A stretch of DNA of 64,000 nucleotides from Clostridia bacterium (GCA_017464305.1 JAFUDS010000001.1:153812-217811); one strand, 5' to 3'. Shown: positions 37,301-46,100, counted from the first letter of the stretch. The notes: a model not told the origin generated them from the sequence alone. Translations and numbers: made by a program.

Positions 37301-37894
37301 TACATCAAAATCAGCCTCGGAAATCTCCGTAATCAGCTGATAGATGACACTACTTTCACGCAAGAGATGCTCAGGAAATAGAAGTTCGGTATAGTCATTG
37401 ATTTTCTGAAACATGCCTGGTAGTACATTGCTTAAATGGTTGCAAAGGGTGATTAACAAATACTGATAGAGTTCTTCTGTTTTGTTAGTCTCTTTGAGTT
37501 CGATTACCTTATCTAAATCCAGGCCATCCAGTTCAAGATTCAGAGCATCAGACAGGATTCTGGGCTTGAAGGTGTTCTGCTCATCCGTGAAGGCGCGGGT
37601 GTGGCCTGGCAGGTAATCATTGACCTCCATAAAGCGCAGAGCGATGAACCTGTTGAACCAGGTATAAGCAACCTCCTCCATGGCTTGTTGATATCCCTCG
37701 CGCCGGATTAAATGGATCAGTGCCTGCCGCTGGCTCCGTTGTACTGGAGTAAGCACCACACCGTGAATGCTCTCGGCACGTTCGTCGATGATTTCCTTTT
37801 CCGTGATACCGTACTGCTCTGCTTTTTGAGACACACGAGCGATTAACTCACGCCGTGCCCAAACGGCATATTTTTTGATGGCATTTTTATCCAT
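34349..37894 (-). CDS. pglX: BREX-1 adenine methyltransferase PglX (copy 1)
   Basis: ATQLFTT, DPCVGSGH, NPPY, KRPIYW, DLDDGVK. Confidence 0.93.
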   Translation of the reverse strand: MDKNAIKKYAVWARRELIARVSQKAEQYGITEKEIIDERAESIHGVVLTPVQRSQRQALIHLIRREGYQQAMEEVAYTWFNRFIALRFMEVNDYLPGHTRAFTDEQNTFKPRILSDALNLELDGLDLDKVIELKETNKTEELYQYLLITLCNHLSNVLPGMFQKINDYTELLFPEHLLRESSVIYQLITEISEADFDVRSDAGQIEIIGWLYQYYISEKHEEVIDPLHGKIVKKDEVPAATQLFTTDWVVRYLIDNSVGKYWIERNPNSALAEKLDYFISTENGTIKYINETIVPQELTVLDPCVGSGHFLVYAFDVLMQIYTEYGYSERDAAAEIIKNNLHGLDIDGRAVQLAYFAVMMKARQYDKRFFSRGIQPHIYEIKESNNIDRASIEYFHHHDSVLKQDMDTILDVFTDAKEYGSLLTVPNINFEAINKRFAELNDEISIYKTYLTGEFSTFINAVDVMHKRYAVVATNPPYMNKYDAKLKDFLGKKFRKYSGDLFSAFIVRNLGFCVYGGYAAYMTPNVWMFIKSYEDLRSFIIENKSIASLIQMAKGAFYKDATVDVCAFICANRHDDEKGIYIRLESFKGDMELQKEKALIAIKDANTSYRFEMEALVFQNIQGSPLAYWISDKTRAVFHNDTLGSIASPCIGMRTGDNDRFLRLWFEVSMDRTGIGFTNAKAACKSLKKWFPYNKGGAFRRWYGNNERLVNWENDGAEIKAETRKKYPMLGDNLGWKISNEQFYFQNSITWSDTTSAAFSGRYSDVGALFDVKGSSCFPVSTDILYIIGLLNTKITQEVIGIINPTITTQVGDMARIPVIIEPRFKEKVEKISGLNIEMSRQDWDSFETSWDFPVHPIVRWGRNLRDATSIGATMSYYYGYHPEVHSTVELCYMLWQGECNERFKKLKANEEELNRIFIDIYGLQDELTPEVADKDVTVRKADLGRDIRSLVSYAVGCMLGRFSLDKDGLAFAGGEWDASQYHTYPADKDGVLPITDDEYFSDDIVSMFVGWVKTVFGEHDLEENLKYITSALYPSGGGTARELIRQYFLNDFYKDHLKIYQKRPIYWLFDAGKKNSFKCLIYLHRYQPDTVARVRTDYVHEMQARYRTSMEDLAHRVETASGSERVRLQKQLVKIQGQEEELRKYEEKIHHYADMMLPLDLDDGVKVNYAKLADVLAPIK

Positions 37895-37920
37895 GGAGTC
37901 ACGACCTCCTGATTATTTCT

Positions 37921-40900
37921 TTATTTCACGTCCACAATATCCACGCCGTTCAGCGCATTCTTCAACTTTACTCGAATTGCTTCTACATAAGCGTCAATAT
38001 CAGCTTCACTCTGCAGACGCTGTGCAGGGAAGGTATAGTTGCGGTAGACCTGTTTGATGCGTTTCGTGGGCTGAGGTGCCGGGCTGGGGTTGGGCACTGG
38101 CGGCTTGGGAGGCTTAGGCGTCGGATGCAGGTAGGAATTGATCTTTTCAACAATATCATCTGTATAGTCCTGCATCGGCTGCACCATGCCGTCCAGTAGA
38201 GCGAGGCTGGTCAATTCTTTGACCTTCTCGCGCCGTCCGGTGTAGTAGGAGTCCGCTTTTGTCAGATAATTTTTCAACACATTATCGGTCGGATTAATGC
38301 CAATCAGATCATGCACAGCGGCCATACCAGCAGTAACACGAGCTTGCAGGTCTTCGCGTTTCGCAGCCAATAGTTGATCATGTACCACTGTGATTGTAGC
38401 CATGTGGGTATTCAACTCAGGAATGCGGTTATACTTATAGGGGCCCTGTTGCGGTATCATCAAAATCAAGCGGATTTCACACAGTGCCTTATGAGCTGAT
38501 TCATCAACATCTACATATTCCAGATCATTCTTAATGTCTTCCAAGAACCGCGCGGCCTTATCGAAGGTATCAACCTGGGTGGCAAAGAATGCTTCCACAC
38601 GACCCATATCATCTTTGCTATCTTCCAGATCACCCTCGCGTTCCAAGACCCGGCTGATTAAGGCCGCATTGTCTTTTTGCTGCCCCAGAACATCGTTCGT
38701 CAGAGACAAAGCTTTGGACAGGACAAGATGATCCGGATACTTGTGACCCAAATAACGGGCATCCAATTCATCGTAATGCTTCTTCTGCTCATTAAACTTT
38801 TCAACAATAAAGTGAACCAACCCATCTTCATCATCAGGCACACTCATAACATCAAAGTAATCCTGAAGGAACAGCCTAGCCTTATTCAGCTGCTCTTTTT
38901 CAACAATACGCCGTTTGCTGATAGACGTCTTGCCAGTCTCAGTCTTCTTGCGAAGCAAGTCAGGCAGCTTGGGGTTATCCGGCTGAATGGTGGCACCGGC
39001 ATATTTGATGGTTACGCGCTGATCAAAGATAAGTTTCGCAACCACAGCGGCAATATCAATTTCGCGCCATCCATATGGAATGTCGCCAAACCATTTCTGA
39101 ATGTCTGCCATGGAGGTTGGCATCTTTTTCTTGTCTTGAATAACCAGACGCTCATAAATCGCATCGGCAGCTTCTTGATTATGCTGCATGCCATAGGCCA
39201 AACCATCATTGGCAGTGCCGTTCAGAACGGCAACCACATCCGCATCGCTGTCTGCAAAGCGGGTGACTTTGTTCAATTCGCTGTATACGTGGGTCACCAG
39301 ATATTCCAGCGCCTTATCGATCCGAGATTTAGCGTCTCCGCCGTGTAGATCCATTTTTTCACCATCAGCATAGAAGGTGCCCTCTTCTAAGGCCTGGCGA
39401 ATCTGCTGTTCTGCACGTTCCTCCAGCCGTGTAGCTTCTTCCTGCTGATCCCGGATAATATCCTGCACCGATTTAGGCTTCTGGGTGAGATTCTGGCCTT
39501 TTACATACTGGCGGATCTTCATGGCACTTTCCAGCGCCTTAAAGTAGTCTGTCTCCGCCAGCACGACCACAACTTCCTTACCTTTGCTTTCCGTCATCAG
39601 CCGGAACTCGCCCTTCATTTCATCGGGCGTGGCATCAGTCAAAATGCGCAGCCGCATGCCACCGGTCAGCACGCCAACCGCATGACCATCGACAAGCTGA
39701 TCAAAGGGGAAATCGGACTTTCCAAAATGGAACTTCTTATTGGTATAGATGCCTCCATAGATAATGCTGCCGATCCGTTCTGAAATTTTCGCGGTATCTA
39801 CAGGCGTATTGGTGATCTCGCGCTGAATATCCTGTTCCTCATCAGTCAGGAAGTTGTACTGATCGGCATGACGCGCAATGTAGTTCTGGCTCATTAGACG
39901 ATCCAGGCTGGCCTGAATCTCTGCCTTCCGAGAGAGTTTATCCATACGGATATCATCAGCCATCAGGATGGTCAGGTTATCCAGCGTAGCGGGCATATAT
40001 TCCTGAATATAGCGCAACAGATACAGCAGCTTCAGAACATTCACATCATCCTTTTGAATGCCAAAACCCTGCTCTGCATCGCGGATAGCCTTTTCAATTA
40101 CATTCCGGATCGCCGGATCAAGGGAACGATGTACGGTATCATAGAAGCGATAGAATGGTACAATGGTATATTCGTCCTTATCCAGAATACTCCCCCCAGC
40201 ATCCTGCGTGGAAATCATGGTAACTGCTTCCTGAAAACCAGCGAGCATAGGACGAGCACTGTCTGAGGAATTCTTACCAGAATTACCGTGCCTACGGATT
40301 TCTGTAAAAACACGCTGCAGCAAAATGAATTGATACGGAATAAAAGGATAGTTTGCTGCGAACTCATGCCCACCAAGATAGTCGCGTTTGATGGCTACGA
40401 TATTAGTGGTAAAAGCAAACAGATTACGAAGCACAGCGGCATTCTGATCGTATTCCTGCTCGAGAAGCGCTTCTGCTTCAGGTGTCTTTTTGAGCAAACG
40501 ACGCTGAATCACTTCATCGACGGACGAAGAAGAAAGGCTGAGTCTGGTCTTGAAGCGATCCTGAATACGGGAGAACTCATCAGAACGAACTTTTATAATC
40601 TCATCCAGCGCTGACTGACCGGTGCAGACCACCCAAACCTTGCCCTTACACTCGCTGCCCAGCTTTTCGATAACACCCTGCAGATCGAGGAGCAGACTGA
40701 TATTTGTGCCAACATACTGTCCAACTTCATCTGCCATAAAGAGTAGATGGAAATTCTTAGACTTGCTGTCCACATACTCCTTGATCTGGGAAACTAGCAG
40801 TTCAATGGAAAACTCGACAGGAGCTTTATCTTTGAACCAGGCGTTAGCATGCTCTTCGCTCATATCCAGGACTTCCATCAGGGTGGGAACGATATACTTT

Positions 40901-41508
40901 CCCTTGAAGGCAAATCCCTGACGATCATCCTCCCAGGTCTTTCCGCTACGACGCAGATAGGCCGCTTTAAATTCATCATACTTGCCTTGGCGGAGAATGT
41001 AATACTCCAGTTGGGCGACTTTCAGGTTACGACCATACAGGCCCAGATGCTCATAGAACACTTTGGCAAATACGCGCTGCACAGCGGTATCATCTTTATT
41101 GATGGAACTCTGGATACCAATATTGAAAAGGATCGTCTCAGTCTCAGGCTTTGTTGCCTGATCGATGAGCATAAACGTGCCCAGATCGTCAGAAAACTTC
41201 TCCCGGAAAAGTTCAACAGTGCGGACGCCGCCGATCTCCTTGTTTTCCATAATGTAGGAGAGCATCTTCAGAAAGTGAGATTTACCACTGCCGAAGAAAC
41301 CGGAGATCCACACGCCAATATCGGCGGTAGGTACGTTCAGAGCCTCCACATAGAAGCTGAAGAAGGAAATAAAGTGTTTCTTCAGCTCGTTAGTGATGAC
41401 ATATTCGCCAACTTCCTGCTCAATGACCTTTTCGACCTCCTCATCAACTTTGATGACGCCGTTGATAGGACGATCGATCTGTTTTTCAAACATATTCCGA
41501 ATGATCAT
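37921..41508 (-). CDS. brxC: BREX P-loop ATPase BrxC
   Basis: WISGFFGSGKSHFLK, DEVGQY, YPF. Confidence 0.95.
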   Translation of the reverse strand: MIIRNMFEKQIDRPINGVIKVDEEVEKVIEQEVGEYVITNELKKHFISFFSFYVEALNVPTADIGVWISGFFGSGKSHFLKMLSYIMENKEIGGVRTVELFREKFSDDLGTFMLIDQATKPETETILFNIGIQSSINKDDTAVQRVFAKVFYEHLGLYGRNLKVAQLEYYILRQGKYDEFKAAYLRRSGKTWEDDRQGFAFKGKYIVPTLMEVLDMSEEHANAWFKDKAPVEFSIELLVSQIKEYVDSKSKNFHLLFMADEVGQYVGTNISLLLDLQGVIEKLGSECKGKVWVVCTGQSALDEIIKVRSDEFSRIQDRFKTRLSLSSSSVDEVIQRRLLKKTPEAEALLEQEYDQNAAVLRNLFAFTTNIVAIKRDYLGGHEFAANYPFIPYQFILLQRVFTEIRRHGNSGKNSSDSARPMLAGFQEAVTMISTQDAGGSILDKDEYTIVPFYRFYDTVHRSLDPAIRNVIEKAIRDAEQGFGIQKDDVNVLKLLYLLRYIQEYMPATLDNLTILMADDIRMDKLSRKAEIQASLDRLMSQNYIARHADQYNFLTDEEQDIQREITNTPVDTAKISERIGSIIYGGIYTNKKFHFGKSDFPFDQLVDGHAVGVLTGGMRLRILTDATPDEMKGEFRLMTESKGKEVVVVLAETDYFKALESAMKIRQYVKGQNLTQKPKSVQDIIRDQQEEATRLEERAEQQIRQALEEGTFYADGEKMDLHGGDAKSRIDKALEYLVTHVYSELNKVTRFADSDADVVAVLNGTANDGLAYGMQHNQEAADAIYERLVIQDKKKMPTSMADIQKWFGDIPYGWREIDIAAVVAKLIFDQRVTIKYAGATIQPDNPKLPDLLRKKTETGKTSISKRRIVEKEQLNKARLFLQDYFDVMSVPDDEDGLVHFIVEKFNEQKKHYDELDARYLGHKYPDHLVLSKALSLTNDVLGQQKDNAALISRVLEREGDLEDSKDDMGRVEAFFATQVDTFDKAARFLEDIKNDLEYVDVDESAHKALCEIRLILMIPQQGPYKYNRIPELNTHMATITVVHDQLLAAKREDLQARVTAGMAAVHDLIGINPTDNVLKNYLTKADSYYTGRREKVKELTSLALLDGMVQPMQDYTDDIVEKINSYLHPTPKPPKPPVPNPSPAPQPTKRIKQVYRNYTFPAQRLQSEADIDAYVEAIRVKLKNALNGVDIVDVK

Positions 41509-41522
41509 CGTAGTTTTCCTCC

Positions 41523-42080
41523 TTACACAATGCTGAACGCGCGATAGTAATCATTGGGCGGCAGTTTGCCGAATAACCTTACATGATGGCCGTCATATTC
41601 TCCCGGATAGAGTACAACGATGGGGATACCGGTGAAATATGGTTGCAATGCCTCTAACAAGGCATGGATTCGCATAAACGGGAATACTTCGCCAACCCTT
41701 GTCAGCAACACAACATCTCCAGGGGTGTGGTCCGGGTAGTCGATTTTGGAGACAAACTCCGCGTCGCCGATGGCTTCGTGGATTTGCTGCAACAGATATG
41801 CGCTGCCATCTTCGGCTTCCATTTCGGGAATGGCACCCAAAATACCGATATCATCACAGATGTCCAGAAACAACTGGTATAGATTCCGCTCAATGATTCG
41901 GCATGGCAATGATGTATCCGAAACGATCTGCTCGGTAAAATGCCGCACAGCCATTTCATCCTTGGGATCATAAGGAAAAATACGGATGTTGACTTCATTG
42001 CTTAAGCCTTTGCCAGAGAGAAAATCGCTGTCCGCCAGCAATTCTCTTACGTGGTCAAGGCGTTCTTCAATCGTTTGCAT
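41523..42080 (-). CDS. brxB: BREX protein BrxB (DUF1788)
   Basis: GLSNEV, VFPFMRIH, YPGEYDG, NDYYRAF. Confidence 0.92.
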   Translation of the reverse strand: MQTIEERLDHVRELLADSDFLSGKGLSNEVNIRIFPYDPKDEMAVRHFTEQIVSDTSLPCRIIERNLYQLFLDICDDIGILGAIPEMEAEDGSAYLLQQIHEAIGDAEFVSKIDYPDHTPGDVVLLTRVGEVFPFMRIHALLEALQPYFTGIPIVVLYPGEYDGHHVRLFGKLPPNDYYRAFSIV

Positions 42081-42090
42081 GTCCATCACC

Positions 42091-42711
42091 TCATGAGAAA
42101 CAGTTGAAAGCAGGAAGCATATAAGCGTCGTTTCCTGCACGGAGGACATTCTCCAGCACAGAGGAAATCAGCACCGGGTTTAGATGAACAGCCTTTGTGC
42201 TATCCAAATACTCGTTATCCACCAGAATGCGTACAATCACCTGACCCAACTTCTGTATCGTTTGTTCACTCCAGGTGGCTACTGCATCGTCCTGTTCCTG
42301 GAGGCGGAGAAAAAATGTGTTCACATCGATCCGTCCAAAGGATATATCCTGAGTTCGATATTTTTCTCCAACGACCGTCAACATAAAATCGCTGATCAAC
42401 CGATGTTCCTTCATCATGGCGTACAGGCAAATCTGACGGGAAACATCCTGCGGTTTGGTGGCAACAGCAGCAATCAGATCTTTATCATTCATGCCTGTCA
42501 ATCGCCCAACGCAAGCTTTTGCCATGCGTTTGATCGAACGTTCTGTCGGATACTGGAAAAGATTCTCCGATACAATACGTGTTATTGCTTCTTCCTCGGA
42601 GCACCCTTCATTAAGAAGTCGAGCAGCAGTCTTCATCTCATAATACAGAAAAGGCTCGCGGGTGATTGAAGCATTATATGTTTTTTTATTCGCACCGATC
42701 ACGACTGTCAT
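42091..42711 (-). CDS. brxA: BREX protein BrxA (DUF1819)
   Basis: YNASIT...ENLFQY...WSEQT; position at the head of the operon. Confidence 0.9.
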   Translation of the reverse strand: MTVVIGANKKTYNASITREPFLYYEMKTAARLLNEGCSEEEAITRIVSENLFQYPTERSIKRMAKACVGRLTGMNDKDLIAAVATKPQDVSRQICLYAMMKEHRLISDFMLTVVGEKYRTQDISFGRIDVNTFFLRLQEQDDAVATWSEQTIQKLGQVIVRILVDNEYLDSTKAVHLNPVLISSVLENVLRAGNDAYMLPAFNCFS

Positions 42712-42947
42712 TTTGCCTTCTCACCTGCTTCCGGTGTTTTTTCTTCATCAGGGACAAGCTCAATAATGTCATTCAATTCACAATGCAAGAAGGTACAAAT
42801 CTTGCTCAACACCTCTGTGCTGACATCCTCATCTTTTCCCATTCTAGCTAAAACACGAGTGCTGATTCCTGCACCTATACGCATCTCGCTTCTCGTCATT
42901 TTTCTATCTATAAGCATCTTCCAAAGTGGATTGTATCTTACAGACAT
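42708..42947 (-). CDS. Small Cro/C1-type HTH regulator heading the BREX operon
   Basis: YNPLWKMLIDRKM...LSKICTFLHCELNDIIE; overlaps the brxA start. Confidence 0.85.
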   Translation of the reverse strand: MSVRYNPLWKMLIDRKMTRSEMRIGAGISTRVLARMGKDEDVSTEVLSKICTFLHCELNDIIELVPDEEKTPEAGEKAK

Positions 42948-42978
42948 ACACATGCTCCTTTCGACAAAGAGTCATTTT

Positions 42979-43007
42979 ATTATAGCTCATATAGTGTCCA
43001 TTTGCAA
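42979..43007 (-). promoter_or_regulatory. Putative sigma-A promoter of the HTH-BREX operon
   Basis: TTGCAA-17-TATAAT. Confidence 0.65.
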
Positions 43008-43084
43008 TCAAATATTCCGAAATGAAATGATTTGTGATTGTTTCGTAATTGAATAGTAAAACACAGGAAAACGCTATTAGATTT

Positions 43085-44209
43085 AAAATCCCCAGGTGCA
43101 CTGTGGTCCTAAAAATCGTCCAAAACCTTTGAATTTGCTATATAAAAATCTCTGTATCGCAGCAATTTGGGATTTCGGAATGCCAAATCCAATAGAATTT
43201 CGACCTTTGCAAGCTTATCAGATGGAGGATTCATTGCAAGAGAGAATAAGTTAAGGTAGTTCTGGAGTTCCTCACGCATAAAGCCTGAATGGCTGTTTAA
43301 GAAGTTCTTGAGCCTAGCATGGACCTCATTCACACGATTCAGAGGGTTTTCCTTGTCAGGAAGGCCTTTTAAGGACTTTGAGTTATACGTCTGACTGACC
43401 AAATCCAGTTCTGATACAAGCTTCTTATGTGCCTGCTCTTCATCATGGATAAGAACAGATCCTCGTTCGATACAGTCTTTGAATAGCTCATAGGTTCTCT
43501 TTTGATTTGGCTTCCCCTCACCTTCATAGAAGCATATGATGTGTTTTTTGTCACAAGCGACTCCAATGCACATCTTGTTTTTTGAGAGACCACGAGGCTT
43601 TGTTCCGTCTTCCTTTCTTTCAATGTCCTCCGTACGAAGGGAATAAAAGGTCTCATCAAACCATACTTGACCGCTCAATTTGATTGTCGATGGGTAGTCC
43701 TCAAGTACCAAGAACACCTTTTGAAGCCAATATCTGGACGTTTTAAAGTCATTCTTGTTGTTCCATGAGTCTGCTGTAATACTGACATACCTCAATATAT
43801 TGAGGGTATAGTCTATCCATTCCCGAATCGATATCTTATGCTCATCGAATATAGTCCCTGTCGTGGGAATGAATCTTCGTGAGCACTGCTTGCAAAGATA
43901 TCGTTGAATGCCCTGGCTAGTCAGCCCTTTACGGACAAATATCTCACTCTTACAGAAAGGACACTTTGTGGGAATGACGCTATTAATCAACTCCGATTCA
44001 TTGGTCTCTGAAAGCTTTGTGTGCTTCTGTTCCCAAGCCCCGACGTAATTGCTCTTTATGAACTCCTGTGTCGGAGTTCGTTCTTCCACATTATCCCAAG
44101 GAGTTGTTTTACGTGAAGAGTATTTCTTTGCTGTGTCTGCCACGATCCGTATCACCTCGCATGAGGTACATTATATCACTTGCAGGTCCACAGTGCACCT
44201 GGGGATTTT
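43085..44209 (-). mobile_element. IS1595-family insertion sequence
   Basis: 26-bp terminal inverted repeats (43085-43110 / 44184-44209, one mismatch); 8-bp target duplication TTAGATTT at 43077-43084 and 44210-44217. Confidence 0.9.
43109..44155 (-). CDS. IS1595-family transposase
   Basis: CPFC...CKQC Zn ribbon, TTGTIF, FDETF, IHDE, NRVNEVH. Confidence 0.88.
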   Translation of the reverse strand: MIRIVADTAKKYSSRKTTPWDNVEERTPTQEFIKSNYVGAWEQKHTKLSETNESELINSVIPTKCPFCKSEIFVRKGLTSQGIQRYLCKQCSRRFIPTTGTIFDEHKISIREWIDYTLNILRYVSITADSWNNKNDFKTSRYWLQKVFLVLEDYPSTIKLSGQVWFDETFYSLRTEDIERKEDGTKPRGLSKNKMCIGVACDKKHIICFYEGEGKPNQKRTYELFKDCIERGSVLIHDEEQAHKKLVSELDLVSQTYNSKSLKGLPDKENPLNRVNEVHARLKNFLNSHSGFMREELQNYLNLFSLAMNPPSDKLAKVEILLDLAFRNPKLLRYRDFYIANSKVLDDF

Positions 44210-44236
44210 TTAGATTTTATCTACTGCGCAGAGTCG

Positions 44237-44886
44237 TGCTAACATTCGCGAACGCTGTTAGATTTGCTAACATCAGCGTAGATTACATCTAATCGTGCAA
44301 GTCATTCCGTTAGCAAGCACATCCGCAGATAACTATGATCCAGTTGATTTACCGAGAAATAATATTCAATTTGTATGCATAAATATACAAGAAGAGGTTG
44401 GAGAATAAGGCGTGCAGCCAATAAGGAACTGCATGGATTTTCACAACGGCGACATTTTTTAGCAGGAACGTACGCCAATGTTTGCAATTTTGAGAGCCAA
44501 CAAAAACGAGCGCCGTTAGAAATTCGTCAAAAATGTTAGCAAGCTGCTAACACGCCCCCCAAATCTGTTAGCTAAAGAGTCCCGAGGAAAAAGAAAAACG
44601 CCCGCTTTTGTTAGCAGGCTGCTGTTAGCAGCTTTTTGCTTCAAAAACGGGCAGTTTTTGGCGATCCCGGCGCGATTCGAACGCGCGACGTTTCGCTTAG
44701 GAGGCGAACCCTCTATCCTGCTGAGGTACGGGACCATATGCTCGGAACCCCTTATTTTTCAAGGCTTTCGAGCTTGACCGGTCATCCTGACCGTGGGGAG
44801 AAACTGGAGTGACCTTGCGTTAGCTGGCTAACATTGGCGGAAGGTTCGACTTTCACAAACCGTTCACCGTCCGCTTCGAGTTAGCA
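44237..44886. repeat. Cluster of TGTTAGCA/TGCTAACA-like sites (putative Int arm or Xis sites)
   Basis: About 12 exact or near copies, e.g. 44237, 44265, 44534, 44545, 44566, 44609, 44623, 44818, 44826, 44879. Confidence 0.6.
44659..44735 (-). tRNA. tRNA-Arg(CCT), complete, with encoded CCA
   Basis: GGTCCCG acceptor stem, TTCGC-CTCCTAA-GCGAA anticodon arm, GTTCGAATC T-loop, ends GCCA; 77 nt. Confidence 0.95.
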
Positions 44887-44978
44887 GTTTGGCGGACGTT
44901 CCAGGAGGGAAAATTGAGCGAAATCTGGCTGATTCCGGAGGTCTGATCGCTCATTTTAGGCGGGCGTTCGACGGATTA

Positions 44979-45017
44979 TTAGGAGGCGGCCGCTCTATCC
45001 TACTGAGCTACGGATGC
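44979..45017 (-). pseudogene. 5' half of a different tRNA-Arg(CCT), ending at the anticodon loop (putative att junction)
   Basis: GCATCCGTAGCTCAGTAGGATAGAGCGGCCGCCTCCTAA followed by non-tRNA sequence. Confidence 0.85.
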
Positions 45018-45052
45018 ATATCCCCTGCCCTTTCGAGCAGGGTACATAGAGA

Positions 45053-45081
45053 ATTATACCCATCCAGGGGCGGAAAGTCAA
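45053..45081 (-). promoter_or_regulatory. Sigma-A promoter of the tRNA locus
   Basis: TTGACT-17-TATAAT. Confidence 0.8.
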
Positions 45082-45083
45082 TT

Positions 45084-46100
45084 TCACTTCAGCGTGCGGG
45101 GGGCGAAACCAACCTTCTTCTGCACCTTGCGCAGGGTCTTGGTAGCAATATAGTTCGCCTTCTCCGCGCCGGACAACAGCGTATCCAGCAGGAACTGCTT
45201 GTCGGCAATGAGACGCTTATATTCGCTCTGCAGGGGCTCCAGGCTGGCGATGACCACATCTGCGGTCCGGGTCTTCAGATCGCCGTATCCCTTCCCGGCC
45301 ATTTCGGCGCAGATGTCCTCCACGCTCTGGCCGCTGAGGGTGGCCATGATGCTCAGCAGATTGCTGACGCCAGGCTTGTTCTCCGGATCGAAGCGAATCT
45401 CGCCATCCGAATCCGTCACAGCGCGCTTGATCTTCCGGCGAACCGTGTCCGGCTCATCCAGCAGGGAGATGAAGCATTCCTCCGGGTCGCTCTTGCTCAT
45501 CTTCCGGGTAGGATCCTGCAGGCTCATGACCCGGCCGCCTACCTTGGTGATCAAGGGTTCCGGCACGGTGAACACATCGCCATAGACGCCGTTGAACCGC
45601 TGGGCGATATCCCGGGTGATCTCCAAATGCTGCTTCTGGTCCGCGCCCACGGGCACCGCGTCCGCCTGATACAGCAGAATGTCCGCCGCCATCAGCACAG
45701 GATAGGTGAAGAGGCCAGCGTTGATATTGTCCGCGTGCTTGGCGGATTTATCCTTGAACTGAGTCATCCGCTGCAGCTCGCCCATATAGGTAAAGCAGTT
45801 CAGAATCCAGGCCAGCTCCGCGTGGGCGCTGACATGGCTCTGGCAATAGATGATGCACTTTTCCGGATCCAGCCCGCTGGCCAGATAGATGGCTGCCAGC
45901 TCCAGGCAGCGTCTTCTTAGATCCGCCGCGTTCTGCCGGACGGTAATAGCATGCTCGTCCACGATGCAGTAGATGCAGTCATAGGCATCCTGCAGCTCCG
46001 GAAAATGCCGCAGGGCGCCAATATAGTTGCCGATGGTCAAGGTGCCGCTGGGCTGAATGCCGGAAAAAATCCTTTTCTTTCTCTCTATGGTCTGTTCCAT
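45084..46100 (-). CDS. trpS: Tryptophanyl-tRNA synthetase
   Basis: [26 protein letters not shown]. Confidence 0.97.
   Translation of the reverse strand: MEQTIERKKRIFSGIQPSGTLTIGNYIGALRHFPELQDAYDCIYCIVDEHAITVRQNAADLRRRCLELAAIYLASGLDPEKCIIYCQSHVSAHAELAWILNCFTYMGELQRMTQFKDKSAKHADNINAGLFTYPVLMAADILLYQADAVPVGADQKQHLEITRDIAQRFNGVYGDVFTVPEPLITKVGGRVMSLQDPTRKMSKSDPEECFISLLDEPDTVRRKIKRAVTDSDGEIRFDPENKPGVSNLLSIMATLSGQSVEDICAEMAGKGYGDLKTRTADVVIASLEPLQSEYKRLIADKQFLLDTLLSGAEKANYIATKTLRKVQKKVGFAPRTLK

Larger units (their letters stand above)
1..44985. mobile_element. Integrative element (ICE/genomic island), right part; integrated in tRNA-Arg(CCT); left end outside window
   Basis: Tyrosine integrase plus excisionase-like genes, ParAB, replication genes, sortase/pilins and defence cargo; truncated tRNA half at 44979-45017; housekeeping genes resume at 45084. 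Confidence 0.8.

Noticed and set aside
28117-37894. Invertase-driven pglX phase variation
   Set aside because: Both copies are full length and co-oriented; no recombinase in the operon and no flanking inverted repeats seen
44237-44886. CRISPR array
   Set aside because: Repeats are only 8 bp, irregularly spaced and in both orientations; no cas genes
44736-44978. Group I intron in tRNA-Arg(CCT)
   Set aside because: The size is plausible, but what follows is a complete tRNA whose 3' half cannot complete the stems of the 5' fragment; no intron core recognised
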